Below, one piece after another: positions 27,862 through 40,234 of a DNA stretch of 64,000 nt; position 1 is the first letter of the stretch, and each line of letters opens with the position of its first letter. A program made the translations under genes and the position numbers. The DNA lies in the NCBI RefSeq assembly GCF_011745625.1, contig NW_027191457.1, forward strand, positions 372,001 to 436,000, written 5' to 3'. A model generated the notes under the pieces. That model was not told the DNA's origin. It worked only from the letters and a program-made list of their open reading frames with translations, and searched no databases. Source of the DNA: Cladosporium halotolerans. Taxonomy: Eukaryota.

Positions 27862-28767
27862 GATGGCACTTGCTGCACGGTCGGCCAACGACTGGTTTGA
27901 GCGAAACACTAGGAGCCTGGAATGCTGTGACTTTTGGTAGTCTTCAACCATGTGTAGGAAGGGTCCAACCAGATACTCTTACGAATATACGGCTCTGTGT
28001 ACCTATCTAGCTATGGTTCGCGTCTCGATGAGCACCTTTGTCCGTCTCTTCTGTTCCGCCTAGAAACACCACTTCAAGCTTGTACCCCTCCAATTCAGAC
28101 TTCACTCTTCCGTTGAAAGCGATTTCCCTGTCACAAATTACTGATTCCCTAAATCTGCCAAAATGTAGACGGAGAGTCTTACGAACCTCGTGAATGCTGT
28201 CAAGTATGATTCCAGCGGCGCTGTAGATTCGGTATCCCGTATCTGTTACGATAAACCAACTTGAGCAAACCATCACCATCAAAGTTGGGAACATTGGTTC
28301 ATCTGTGATCTTTGGATCTTTATCTACTCTCTGCGCTCGTATCATCCCTCTCCACAAGAGAAAACCAGGGTGGAGTCCCTGAGATGGACACAATCTCGTT
28401 CTCCACCATTGGCAACAAACCCGAGTGCTGGGCTGCAAATAAGGTAGAATGATACACAAATGAGTTACTTGTTAGCTGCCGGACCGTCTCCTCGCACTAC
28501 TGATATTCTTCAGCCAGCTTCAGTATCAAGTATCATAGGTAACAACACGTTGAACGTATGCGAACTTGGAGACAGCCGAAAGCCTGAGGAAATCGTCGAA
28601 CCATGTGCACGATCAACGAATTACTACGAGTATATGTGCTTCCAATAATACTCGTAAAAGCAAGAGGCCTAGAGCGCAAATCAAGCTTGGGACGATAATT
28701 CAGAACAATCTTGAGCGCCCAGGCCCTGTAACACCAACCTCCCCTACACCAGAAAACATACTTCAGC

Positions 28768-30446
28768 CTACAGGACATCCCGTCGCCCAGCAGGTCCACC
28801 AGAATCCGGCTCACCACGATTCTGCTCCTCCTCCCTCGGCCTCGTGAGTCCCGCCTCAGGATTGAAACTGACTCCTCTGCCACGCAAGCCCGGCCTCGCA
28901 AGTGGCTCGCCGCCCACAGCCGCGCCAGGGTATATCGGCGGCGCGGGCATGTCAAAGGTGCCGGGATATGAGCGGTAAGGAGGCAAGCCTTCGCCGGGAC
29001 TAGGTACTCCGCTGGCGAGCGGGAACACTCCAGGTGCAACTCCTGATGGCCTAGTCGCTGGCATGGGTGGAGGTGAGCCTACGAGCGGTGTTCCGACAGG
29101 TGTTAGGATGCGTTCGGGTGTTGCGGCTGCTGCTGGGACTGGAATTGGCCGGTGTAGTGGGCCGTTTTGCGGTGATATTGGAGAGGCATACTGAGGCGGC
29201 GGCGGCGGTGCTGCGGTCGTAGCGTTTGGTATTGATGCTGCGGCCGGCGCTGCACCGAAGCGAACATTATCGTCGAAGGAGCCGAACACCGCTCCACCTG
29301 CACCGCTCCCACCGCCATTATCGGGGCGAGGCCGGTGCGGTCCTCTTGGTGGTCCTCTAGGCGAACGCAAACCTACTCTTTGTCAGCGCAGGATCATCTA
29401 ATCACTTCAACAGCAGGAATTACGTACTCACCATCGCCGCCTCTGTCGCCGAACAGGTCGTCCAAGTCATCGTACCTGCCTCGACGCCGTCGTCGACCAC
29501 CACCAAACCCACCACCTCGACCTCTCCCCCACTCAAGCTCATCGTCCTCATCGTCCCATTCAAGATTCCTCATACCTCTTCTCCCGCGACTCGGCCTCCT
29601 CATACCACCGCCCATACCCCCAACTTCAGCCATCATACGAGGATCAACCCCTCCACCACCACCAGCCATCATAGGATGCATGCCCTGCACAGCCCCACCA
29701 CTAGCCATAGCAAAAGGATTCATCGCCGGCTGCATCCCGCCCATCCCCCCACCAAAAGGACCTATCCCCGCCGCAGGTCCCGCTCCCATCCCCGTCCCCA
29801 TCCCCATCCCCCCGGCCCCCACCAAACCCATCTGTTGCAACGCAATCAACTTCGCCAGCTCCGGCACCAGCGGCTGCAAATGGCTCAGCAGCCTCTGTTC
29901 GAACCTCTTCTCCCTCAACTCCGCCGGCGACCCGAACAGACAATCGCTCATAGTCTGCACCTGGTCGAACATCTCTTTCACGCGCTCATTCTGCCTCCTG
30001 GCAGCTTCTACGTCCGCGCCGCCGAACATCCACGGCGCCCCAGCTCCAGCTCCAGCTCCAGTCCCAGCTCCAGCCCCAGAGCCAGGACCAGGGTACCCAG
30101 CAAACCCCTGCACCTCCGCCCACGGCACCTCCGTGATCCCCCTCTGCTGCGCCATCAGCTGCCCGAGCACGCGGCTCAGCACATCGTAGTCTTTGGGGCG
30201 CCAGGGCTGCGCCGCCCAAGCGGGCGGCATGACGCCCGCGGCGGCGAGGTCGGCGGGGTCGCGGTAGGACTCTCGCGGCGGGCCGCCGGTGTTGTTGCGC
30301 TCGACGTAGACGTACTTGCTGCGGGAGTGGTGGGGCCCGCGGCAGAAACAGTGCGGCGGCGAGCCGCCGTGGCAGAGGCGGAAGCAGTCGGCCGGCAGGT
30401 AGAGTTGGGTGTAGGCGTGGGAGGGGAGGGAGGGGGAGATGCCCAT
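28768..30446 (-). CDS. Gly/Met/Pro-rich low-complexity hypothetical protein; intron 29373-29431
   Basis: Two long ORFs joined in frame by GTGAGT..CTGAC..TAG; Cys/His-rich N-terminus (CFRLCH..HCFC..HH). Confidence 0.65.
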
Positions 30447-31236
30447 TTCTCGTTTTGGGGTGGATTTTGGGGGAGGGGATGAGGGGAGGTCAGGACATTT
30501 GGCGGGAGGGGCGGGGAGGAGGAATTTGGGGTGGTTGTGGGTAGAGGGTTTGGGCGAGAGAGGGAATTAGAGCTGGGGGCGTGCCCGTGGGGTGTGATGC
30601 TTTGCTTTTCGTCTTGGGGCGCGGAGGGGTGAAAAGAGTCGGTGAAAAGGCGAGGAGGCTGTCAGAGTCACACGCCAAGGCGTTTTGTGAGAGAACAAAC
30701 ATTTTGCTTTCGAGGCAGCGACCATTTGCGAAACAAGGCAGCCAGCTGGGTAAGCCGAAGCGAGGCTTGAGAACCAACTTGCTTGCCATCGCCTCCTGTT
30801 TTTCACCGCTTGAAGTGGTTGATGCTGGTCTGTTGTCACAAAGTATAGTGCCTCTTGTTTCGTGCCGGTCTCTCGAACAGGAACCTGTTCGTGTGGAACA
30901 GTACATGTTGGTACCCGTAGGCCCCAGGCTTCCGGTTGGGCTCGTCGGCCATACCCAAGGGCTTTGCGGCGGGGCTATGTGCACCGAGTGATGAGATCAA
31001 TGTGTAAAAAGAGTAAAAATGCAGGTCTAAAAATGCAGAAATCAATTTGGTGGTATCAGACCGGGAAACACCGGAAGTCGTTCTCTCATGCGCCGCCTTC
31101 GCCGCGCTCGTAATAAAACAGAAAAGACGTCTTCAGACTGTCGAAACGCCATGTTCCAGTGCCGCATGCTAGCGCCTGGATGCAATGCTGGGACCTTTTC
31201 TCACGCTATCCACCCAGGCAGAAGATTCGTCCTCAC

Positions 31237-32132
31237 TCAGTACTTGTGCTTGTATTCCGGAAGAGTAGACCAAACATGCTGACAGGCGCAGCACACGAAG
31301 AAAATAGCCTGTGCTCGATGTGAATAATTGGTTGGGCGCGAAGGTCTCACCAGGAGGGCGAGCTTACCATTCCTGTTTCAGCTGTTCGCTGCTGGGATTG
31401 GAAGTAGACGGCGTCTCTGCCGTGACACTTGCTGCACGGCTCAGCGGTGTGCGGGAGCTGTTCAAACCAATCTGTCAGCACACACTGCTGATCAGACAGA
31501 CACCGAGGTATCCCAAAGTCATGAATTTCCTCCTCTTGCCTCCCTCATGACGCAGCGGTGGACATGGACCTCTCCCTCTGCTCAGCCTTGACGAGCTCTT
31601 CCTCCTGTTGCCCATTCTGCGCCCGATCAGGATCGTCGACCTCGAGCGCGAGGTGGCCGTCTGAGGGTTGGCCGCAGAAAGGGCATAGGATCTCCTGGCC
31701 GCAAAGCGTGCACATTTCGGGGATGTCGTCGCCATCGCTGTCCATGTCCTCCGTGTGATCCTCCATGACTGAGTCGGTGGCGTGATGGTGGTGATGATGT
31801 TGGTGGTGCTCGGAGTCACTAACCGTAGGATCCTGAGCGACGTCTTCGACGTTGCCGGCAGTCTCAGCGATTTGTTCTTGGAGCGCGTTGCGGTAGATGC
31901 ATGCGGCGGTCGCGGGCTCGCTGTACTGGCACGAGCGGCAGGCGAACATGAGAAGGTTACTTGTGGGGTCCTCTTTGGGGTAGAGCATGTTCGAGCTGCG
32001 AATGTGTTAGTGCGAGAGAGTTCGACAAGTCGTGGAGATTTCTCACCATTCGCGACAGAAGCGGAAGCTGATCTTCTTGGAGTCACCCTGCGGTTGCTCG
32101 GCGGCGGCGTCGGTCTCCATGTACTCGGCCAT
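31237..32132 (-). CDS. RPB9: RNA polymerase II subunit Rpb9; exons 32132-32047, 31995-31824, 31457-31368, 31308-31237 (139 aa)
   Basis: FRFCRECSNMLYPKED..FACRSC..DPT|LPHTAEPCSKCHGRDAVYFQSQQRTAETGM|AIFFVCCACQHVW. Both zinc ribbons are recovered using canonical splice sites. Confidence 0.95.
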
Positions 32133-32597
32133 GGCGGCAAGATATGTGGAAGTTGAGCAGTGGTGGTAGCGACTGGTATGGAGCGCGCAGGTGTGTAGTG
32201 TCGGGCTGTGTCTTTTGCGAGGGCGACAGTGGTGTATGCTGTAAGAAAGGCGGGCGGTCTTTCTAGCGCGGCGCGGATTAGAGTTGGCGGGAGTGGCTGC
32301 CGAGCGGCGGCGCCTGGCAATCCCCGAGCGCGCAGGGCTCGAGCGCGGCGACCCCACCACTCCCACCACCTAGCAACGGGCCTCCGCGCCCTCACGTGCT
32401 CCTCTGTTCTCGTGCCCTCGTCCAACGTTGCCGGCCCCGTTTGTCAGCGCAACGCCGCCAGCTACAGCACAGAACATCCTCTCCCACCACCGCTCCCACT
32501 AGTCCAGCGCCTCTGTGGAGAAGCCGACGGTCCTCAAATTGCTCGTCCAGCCGCCCTGTCACACCACGTGAATCCATATTGCGGAGATCCAGCAACA

Positions 32598-33592
32598 ATG
32601 GTGAGTCTCCCGCGCCCGCAGAATCTGGGGAAAGCTGCTGCTGCGGCGGCTGCTGGGAGAGACGGGCTCGCTAACACGCCTCGCAGGCCACTGGACTTCC
32701 TCCTGGTTGGGTATGGCAAACAATTAATTTGCGCAGACGATCATGATTGCTGTGCCACGCCGGCGAGATCGCCTTTTCTGACACGTCTCACAGGAGGTTC
32801 GCCACTCCAACAGCAAGAACCTGCCCTACTACTTCAACCCGAGCACCAAGGAGTCACGGTGGGAGCCTCCCGAGGGCACTGATAGCGAGAGCCTCAAGCA
32901 CTACATGGGCCAGTACCACACTGCTCAGTTAGGCCGTGACGGCGCCCTCGCCCAGCAAGGCCTCGAAGGTAAAATCAGATGTGCCCATTTGCTCGTCAAG
33001 CACCGTGATTCGCGCCGTGCATCCTCGTGGCGCGAGGCCCAGATCACTCGCTCGAAGGAGGAGGCTCGTGGCATCATCGAGAACTACGAGAACAAGATCA
33101 AGAGTGGGTCGACCAGCTTGGGCGACCTTGCTACGACGGAAAGCGACTGCAGCTCGGCTCGTAAGCGCGGTGACTTGTAAGTGAACCCGTCATCCCGGGT
33201 CTCGTTCTATCTCTACCCGCGTGCGATCCGAGAGCGACGCCCTTATTGCCGGCTGGGGATTGCACACTGAGCTCGTGCGACACGCGACAGCCGCTAACGG
33301 AGACCAGGGGATTTTTTGGGCAAGGCGACATGCAGAAGGAGTTCGAGGAGGCCTCGTTCGCGCTGAAGCCGGGTGAGATTTCACCTGTCATCGAGACGGC
33401 ATCTGGGCTGCATTTGATTGAAAGGTATGTCAGCGCCACCCGCGCCACACGCAATGCCGTTTGTTTCTTTTTGGTGGCTTTCGCATTCCGCTCGCTGCTT
33501 TCGGCCGGGCTTCGCGGAACATGCAGGTGTCCGCGCTGTTACAAGGATCGTTACGCTGACACGTCTCTTTGTCTGTCTGCAGGCTCGAGTGA
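32598..33592 (+). CDS. ESS1: Parvulin-type peptidyl-prolyl isomerase with WW domain (Ess1/Pin1); 5 exons, first coding exon is only the ATG
   Basis: M|ATGLPPGW|EVRHSNSKNLPYYFN..SRWEPP; HLLVKHRDSRRASSWR; SDCSSARKRGDL|GFFGQGDMQKEFE..SGLHLIER|LE*. Confidence 0.95.
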
Positions 33593-34500
33593 TCGCAAAG
33601 AAACCCGAACTTCTGCATGTCGTGCGCGACAGCGGCTGGCCGCCTTGCGATTGACAAGTCATTTGACCAGGCTAGGGCATCATATCGGTGACGGCTCACT
33701 TCAACGCTTGTCCCTGGATCTTCAACGCGATTTCCACTTATCAAGGAGAAAATTATTGAATAGGAAAAAAGCCCAATGCTAATGTGAACATTCGAATGAC
33801 GTCCATTGCGCCGAGTGCGGTGAGCTCGCCAACCGAATTTCATTGTCTTCGTTCCTGTCCTTTCCGTTGCCACGCGCTTGTGCTCGGCTGCTGTTCTACC
33901 CATCATGAAACCTGCGAGCTATACAGTTGGCAGTGTTGCATCTCCCGGCCAAGCAGCCTCCCGTTCCTTCCCTACGGTTTGACAAACACCCATATGATGA
34001 CGCGTTACGAGGAGCGCCTATGCGGCGACCGGCAAACCGGCTCTGTGCCTAATGGGTCACTGTTGGCAGCCTTCGAAGGCCCGGCGTGTCATTCACTCGA
34101 GTTTGCGCGGGTCGTCCCCGAGCCTGCACGTTCGTCCCACGCAGATGCCAGTCGCAACTTAAATCCGCGCAGAAGCAGGAAGTCGCGGCGGGGGAAGGAG
34201 CAGCAGACGCACTTGCACTCTTCCTCGTTCACGTCGCTTGGACTACACCAACGTCGTCCGCCCGATGACAACCTCCCCCATCGACCTCTTTCGTTCACTT
34301 CCATTGCAAACTGTCTTTGGCCTTCGCCAAACGCCACTCATTTGTCCAACCTCTTGGTCCTACAACAGAAATACCCTGCAACAGAGAAACAGTCCACACA
34401 GCGCCGGCGTTGTGAGCACTACCTCGAATTGCTCCCTGCTTCGTTCAGCAAGTCGGACGTCTGCTTATCCGATCCCTGTCTCGTCAGCTCTCCATCCGCA

Positions 34501-35478
34501 ATGGACAGAATCCCTCTCCACCGTCGCGCCTCCTGGGGCAAGAACCAGCAGTCGTACGATGCGTACATGCGTAACGATCTTGCAAAAATCCGCTCACCCA
34601 CTTCTAGCCAGGACTATGGCATAGGGAACTTCTCCTACGACGACAAGCACCTGAGCGAATGGTCGATGCCTGACACGATCAAGCAGCAACACCTGCCCGC
34701 CCAGATTGTCGAGAAGACGGACGATTGGCGTACTTCGGGTGCTGCCCTCGACACCGCTCTCGAGCGTATCGAACACCTTCACACGGAAGCCATGCTTCGT
34801 GGTTGGCCGGACAAGAAGCATGCACACCTCGCTCGCCCTCACTGGCCGTCTCCTACCGGTCCTGGCGCTCAGTCTCCGTCAGCTGGTCCAGTATCCCCTA
34901 CCGCCTCAGTGCCAGACTCCCTCGAGCGTGCAGATTTCAGCCTACCATTCTCCCACCCCGTCCGCTTCGGCGCGCCCACCCGCCCACCAATGGGCATGGA
35001 ATCTCCACCCTTCACCCCAGTCAACGCGCCCACCACGCCCTCCATGTCCGCCGAAGGCGCAGCAGCCACGCTCCCAGACCTAGCCAAACTCAACACCCAG
35101 CTGTCTCTTGCTAACAACACCGGCGCCATGTCGCCCGTCACCGCTGGCACGCTGACCCCCAGCCCACCCGGCTCGGCCACCGCGCCGCTCTTCGATGAGC
35201 ACGCCTGGGAGACGTACATCAACCAGTGCAAGAACGAGCACAACGACCTCCGCTGGAATGCCCTGAGCCGCTTCAAGGGCACGGCGAGGGACCTCGACAA
35301 GCTGACCGTCGAGTACGCGCACACCTCGGAGTACGCTGAGGTTCTCAAGGTCTTCAAGCTGTGGTGGGATGGACAAAGGCCGAAGGTGAAGCTGTACGAG
35401 GATAAGGTGAAGTCGCTTGAGTTGCCGACTGAGGACCAGGCGAAGCGTGAGCGTCTTGCCAAGGGGCTGACGGTTTAG
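34501..35478 (+). CDS. Hypothetical protein with Ser/Pro-rich middle and helical C-terminus
   Basis: Coding-like codon usage from MDRIPLHRRASW onward; ATG context GCAATGG; family not recognised. Confidence 0.7.
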   Translation: MDRIPLHRRASWGKNQQSYDAYMRNDLAKIRSPTSSQDYGIGNFSYDDKHLSEWSMPDTIKQQHLPAQIVEKTDDWRTSGAALDTALERIEHLHTEAMLRGWPDKKHAHLARPHWPSPTGPGAQSPSAGPVSPTASVPDSLERADFSLPFSHPVRFGAPTRPPMGMESPPFTPVNAPTTPSMSAEGAAATLPDLAKLNTQLSLANNTGAMSPVTAGTLTPSPPGSATAPLFDEHAWETYINQCKNEHNDLRWNALSRFKGTARDLDKLTVEYAHTSEYAEVLKVFKLWWDGQRPKVKLYEDKVKSLELPTEDQAKRERLAKGLTV

Positions 35479-36246
35479 ATGAGATGTTCTGGATCCGTAC
35501 GAGGGTCGCGGAGGTGGTGAGCGTGGGGTTGACGGCATACCTTACACGAACGGAGAAGCACGAATTTCCTTTCTCAAAACATCCTGGCAGAGCGGCATGG
35601 ACTGGCGAACCTCGAGATTTTTCAAAGCAGACCTAGCGAAGTGGGGCGACGGCAAAAGTACGTTTCCTTTCGACCTGCTGTTCTCCTCGACTTGTCGACC
35701 TGAAAGTTTCCCCTGTGGATGAACTTGGAAGATACTTCGCACTGAATGCATTTGGGCAGATGGTACACGGCTTTTCTTTTTCCCTCCGTCTTCTCTTTCT
35801 CATACTTGCATCCAAAACAGCAATACCCTGGGGCTGTAACATTAGCAAAAAGACAATCTGACAGAAATATGCTCACGTCTCTCAACTAAAGCTCCAGTCG
35901 TGCAAGCGCCCTTCTGCCCGGTACCAATGTCTTCTGACATCTGTGTGCGAGTCAAATCAAGAACACCCTCCACAGATGCCGTCTGAACCATGATTTGCGC
36001 TTCTCTTGAGGTGGCGATTCTTCCTTTTTCTTTCTTACAGTAATAATCTGTTGTACACGTACACCCTCGCAAGCATCCAGCCGGAGGTCCAAAGCCCGCA
36101 GGCTCTTCTTTCGTCCAGAGCAGGCAATCCTAACAAAAAAAAAAACACCATGCAACGCCGCCGCTATGCCCATTCCACCTCCTGATCTTTCCTTCCTCCA
36201 TCATCTTACATTTCCCCTCGCCCTCTACCAATCCCTCAATGTCCCC

Positions 36247-36876
36247 CTACAAATGCATCGGCGCCAAGCTCAGAATCTTACTCCACTTCTTGCCCCTCAG
36301 CTCGTGCGCCACGATCCCGTTCAGCCTGCTGCCAATCGGCTCGCCGCCCTTGTTGATCAGCACGCAGGCGTTGTCGTCGAACTTCACGACGCTGCCGTCC
36401 GGCCGCGAGTATTTCTTCGCCGTCCGCACGATCACCGCGTGCCGGATGTCGCCGCGGCGCACTTTGTTGGCCGCGCTGACGGACACGGAGCCGCCGGGGC
36501 CGGACTCGGGGCCGAAATTGCGCTGTTTTTGGACGACGACGATGATGCGGTCGCCTGGTGGGAAGGGGGTTAGTTGGTGTTGGGAGAGCGGTGTTGGTTG
36601 GTTGGAGGGTGTGGAAGGTTGGCGTGCTGGTGGTGGTAGGAGTGGTTTGCGCTACGTACCGACTTTCGCGGCGCGCTTCATCTTCAGGACGTTGATGCAC
36701 TCGGCGACGGCGGCGCCGGAGTTGTCGATGACGTTCAGCATGGACTGGAGGGAGTTGGTGTGTTAGCGGAGGTGGTATGGGAGTCGTGTGCGGAGGAGTC
36801 TGGCGCATGCGCGGCGGCGGCGGGCTGGCGATCGCAGGCGATGGGTTGGGGCATGGCGTACCTTGAGTTGGATCAT
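36247..36876 (-). CDS. MRPL38: Mitochondrial ribosomal protein uL14m (3 exons)
   Basis: [54 protein letters not shown]. Confidence 0.93.
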
Positions 36877-37570
36877 CTTGGCGAGCTGCAGGAGGGTCCC
36901 GTGGTCCTTGTTGTCGATGTGTTCAAGCCTTCAGTGCCTCTTGCAGCACTCAGCGCCTTCGCGGAAGTTCGCAGTTGGAGATGCTAGCGCGCGATGGCGG
37001 GCCGCATCTGCAGGCGCTAGCGGCAGAGCATCGCGCCGTCTGGCCCGGGACGGACAGGGCCCCAGGGGTCGCCGGGTGGGCGGGCTGCAAGTGGCTGCCG
37101 CTAACGTCGCTTGTCGCTTGCGCCTGCGCCTGCACCTGCGCCTGCACTCGACACTCGCTCGCTCGCTGGACATCTGGGAGACGCGCGCGCACGCGGCTGG
37201 GAAGCAAGGCACCGCTCCCTCGTTCTCTCGCCCTCTCCCCTCTCACATCTCACACCTCGCTCACCCTCAGCCTCGCCTTGTGACCCTATTGTTGTCCATA
37301 CCAGCCACCCGCCATTCCTCCCATTGTCGCGGTTCGGCGGCTCCCTGCATTTGTTTTTGCGCCTGTTTCTCCGCAGCAACCGGACAAAGGTCATTGCACG
37401 ACATCGCATCCTTCTACGCACGTGCATCTCAATCGCCATTCCCTACTCTCCAGGACGACATTGCCTGCTGCGCATTCTGCGAGGGCATGCGACACCACGA
37501 GGAGACGTTCTGCGCGCCGTGATTTTCCCTGCTCTCCCTGGCGTAGTTCGCTTTGCGCCAGTGGGCAATC

Positions 37571-40234
37571 ATGCCGGCGCGCGCGGCTGACTTGGACGCG
37601 GCCTTGCAAAAGAAGGGCGGCCTGACGCTGTCGCAACTCGCAAACTACGATGATTTGATCACCGATGCTCTAGTCGATCGAGTGAGCGCTGCCGTGTCTT
37701 ATATGTTGTGGTCCTAGACCGAAACTGACCAGCCTTGCCAGGTATATTTTTGGGCATCGATTCGCAAGCTGAAGCCCAACTTCCACGCCTCCCGCGGTAT
37801 CCAAGAAGAGGCCGTGTGTAAGATCCTACAACGAGATGTCATCATCGACAAAGACGCCACGCTGGCGCATCGCAACCTGCTCCGCCTCCCCGGCATCGCA
37901 AACTACCTCCGCAATCTCAGGACCCAGGATGAGAAGGAACACTTTGAGCGCCACTTGCGCAAGTATATCAACATGTATCTCCCGGAGTGCCCCTTCGAAG
38001 TATGCACGACAAACCGCTACACGATCTTGACCCACGAGGCGTGCGTCGTCGCGCGCCGCCCGATCAAGCAGGGCGAATCGATCCGCTTCTTGAGCGGCAT
38101 CCAGGTGGAAATGACGGAGAAAGAGGAGGAGGAGCTTTCCAGCAGGACGGATTTCAGCATCGTTATTTCCAGCCGGCGCAAACGCCCGAGCCTCTTCCTC
38201 GGACCGGCGCGTTTCGCAAACCACGACTGCGACTCCAACGCGCGCCTTTCGACCAGCGGACCGCATGGGATACACATTGTTGCACGGAAGAGCATCGCGG
38301 TTGGAGAAGAGATCACAGTGCAGTATGGAGACAACTACTTTGGCGAGGACAACTGCGAGTGCCTTTGCGCCTCGTGCGAAAAGGCGGTCAGGAACGGTTG
38401 GGACCCCAGGGGCCCGATCTTGCACGAGAGCGACAGTGATAGCGACGAAGAATCGGAGACGAAAGAGGGAGATTCGTCTTCCCGCTGGCCTCCACCTCGA
38501 GCAAACAAGAAATCGACTTCAACACCTACGTCTCTCAAGAGGAAGCGAGGAGTGAAAGAGGAACCGCAGGAGAGCGAATCGCCAAAGAAGCGCGGTCGCG
38601 CCGCAGTGAAAAAATCTGCCGTGACTGGCAAGTTTACGAAAGCTTCGGCAGCAGGGAAAGAATCGCGAAAGAGCACGACAGTATCGCAAGAAATAATGGC
38701 TGAGTGGTTCGCAAAAAGGTTCAACGGCGAGCCAACAAAGGAGGAAGCGAACGAGAAAGCGTTGAATGATTTTCAGAAGCAACTCGAAGACGTCGAGTCA
38801 ACTGCTCCCGAGAAACGGGGTGGTTTCGAACAAATGATGGGTATCATGACAGCGGCTGCTTCGCGAAAAATCAACAAATTGGACGCGGAAATTGCGAAGA
38901 TGAACGCCGAAAGTGCATATCTCATGCAAATCGACGTGGCGGACCTGCCGCGGCGTTGCGACCAGAAAGCGCCACAGAATCAGCCCGCCATCAAGACCGA
39001 GGACTACGATTCCCAGGATGCACTAAGCGGAGCTTCCGCGTATGACCCTATGGACGTCGGTGAAGCTGCTGGCGACCTTACGGAATCACCGACCATTGAT
39101 GTCACGGGTTGGTTTACTCATTCTGCAACAGAATTTCCTGAGAGATTTATCAAGAATCGCGATCAACTATCACCAAACAAGCAGAAGAAGGGGAGGTCTT
39201 CAAAAGTCACGGACAAGTTCGCTCAATCAAAGCTTTTGCGAACACCGTTGAAACAAGAGCGAAGTCACTCCAACTTACGGAATGTATTGAACGCGGATGA
39301 CGATGCCGCAAGCGACATCTTCGAGATACCCGAGTCGCCTCCACCAGCAGACCCGCCCAAGCGTTCTCGCGGACGACCAAGGAAATACCCCCGGAAAGCA
39401 GCTCCTCGAGATGAGTCCAGCCATCTAGTCGAAACTACCCACAACTCAACAGACTCCAGCTCCATGTCATCTATCTTCAGCACCGAAGGCCTCGCCGGTG
39501 AGGCCTCTTCGCTATCATCTACCGACCAGTCACCCAACCGCCTCGATGGCTTCTCCGCCGGCAACATCTGCCAGAACATCGTCGAGATGTACACCACCGA
39601 GCCCTCGCCCGAAGAAACCAACTGGGAAGAAGAGCGCAAGATGAGCACGGAGCGCCTGCAAGACTGGTCGCGCGGGCGCCTGCCCGTGCGCAAGAGCAGC
39701 CGCCGCGCCCTCGCCATCACCAGCATCGAAAACCCCCCCTCGCGCGCCGGCGCCTCGCGCTCCGCCTCCGCCTCCTCCACCCAGACCAAGCGCGGCGAAC
39801 CCCGCACCCCCGGCGACTACCACCTGACGACCACGCTCCTCGCGACCCCGTACCACCGCTGGGTCGAGTGCCGCAACTGCGACGAGTTCTTCGTGCAGGC
39901 CGAGGCCTACCTGACGCGCATCGCCTGCCCGCGCTGCGAGCGCCACAGCAAGTTGTACGGCTACTACTGGCCCAAGACGGACCGCGAGGGCCGCTGGGAC
40001 AACGAGGAGAGGGTGCTGGATCACCGCACGATTCATCGCTTTATCGACGCCGAGGACGAGAGGCTGGAGAGGAAGGGCAAGAGGGGGCTTGCGGAGGTTA
40101 TTAGGGAGAGGGAGACTTCGTCGCGGGCGAGTGAGGGGAGGGGGGAGAGGTTGAGGGGCAGTCCGGCTGGTGGGGCCGGTGGGGGTGGTGGTGGGGATGG
40201 GAGGAGGAGGAGTGCGAGGAGGTCGATGATGTAG
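37571..40234 (+). CDS. SET9: Histone H4K20 methyltransferase Set9; intron 37682-37741
   Basis: YDDLITDALVDR|VYFW; SET core LFLGPARFANHDC..GEEITVQYGDNYFG..CLCASC; AT-hook RGRPRK; C-terminal CRNC..CPRCERHSKLYG. Confidence 0.93.

Noticed and set aside
33784..34500. 239-codon open frame upstream of ATG 34501
   Set aside because: Composition looks like promoter/5' UTR rather than protein; an extension is not excluded but is unsupported.
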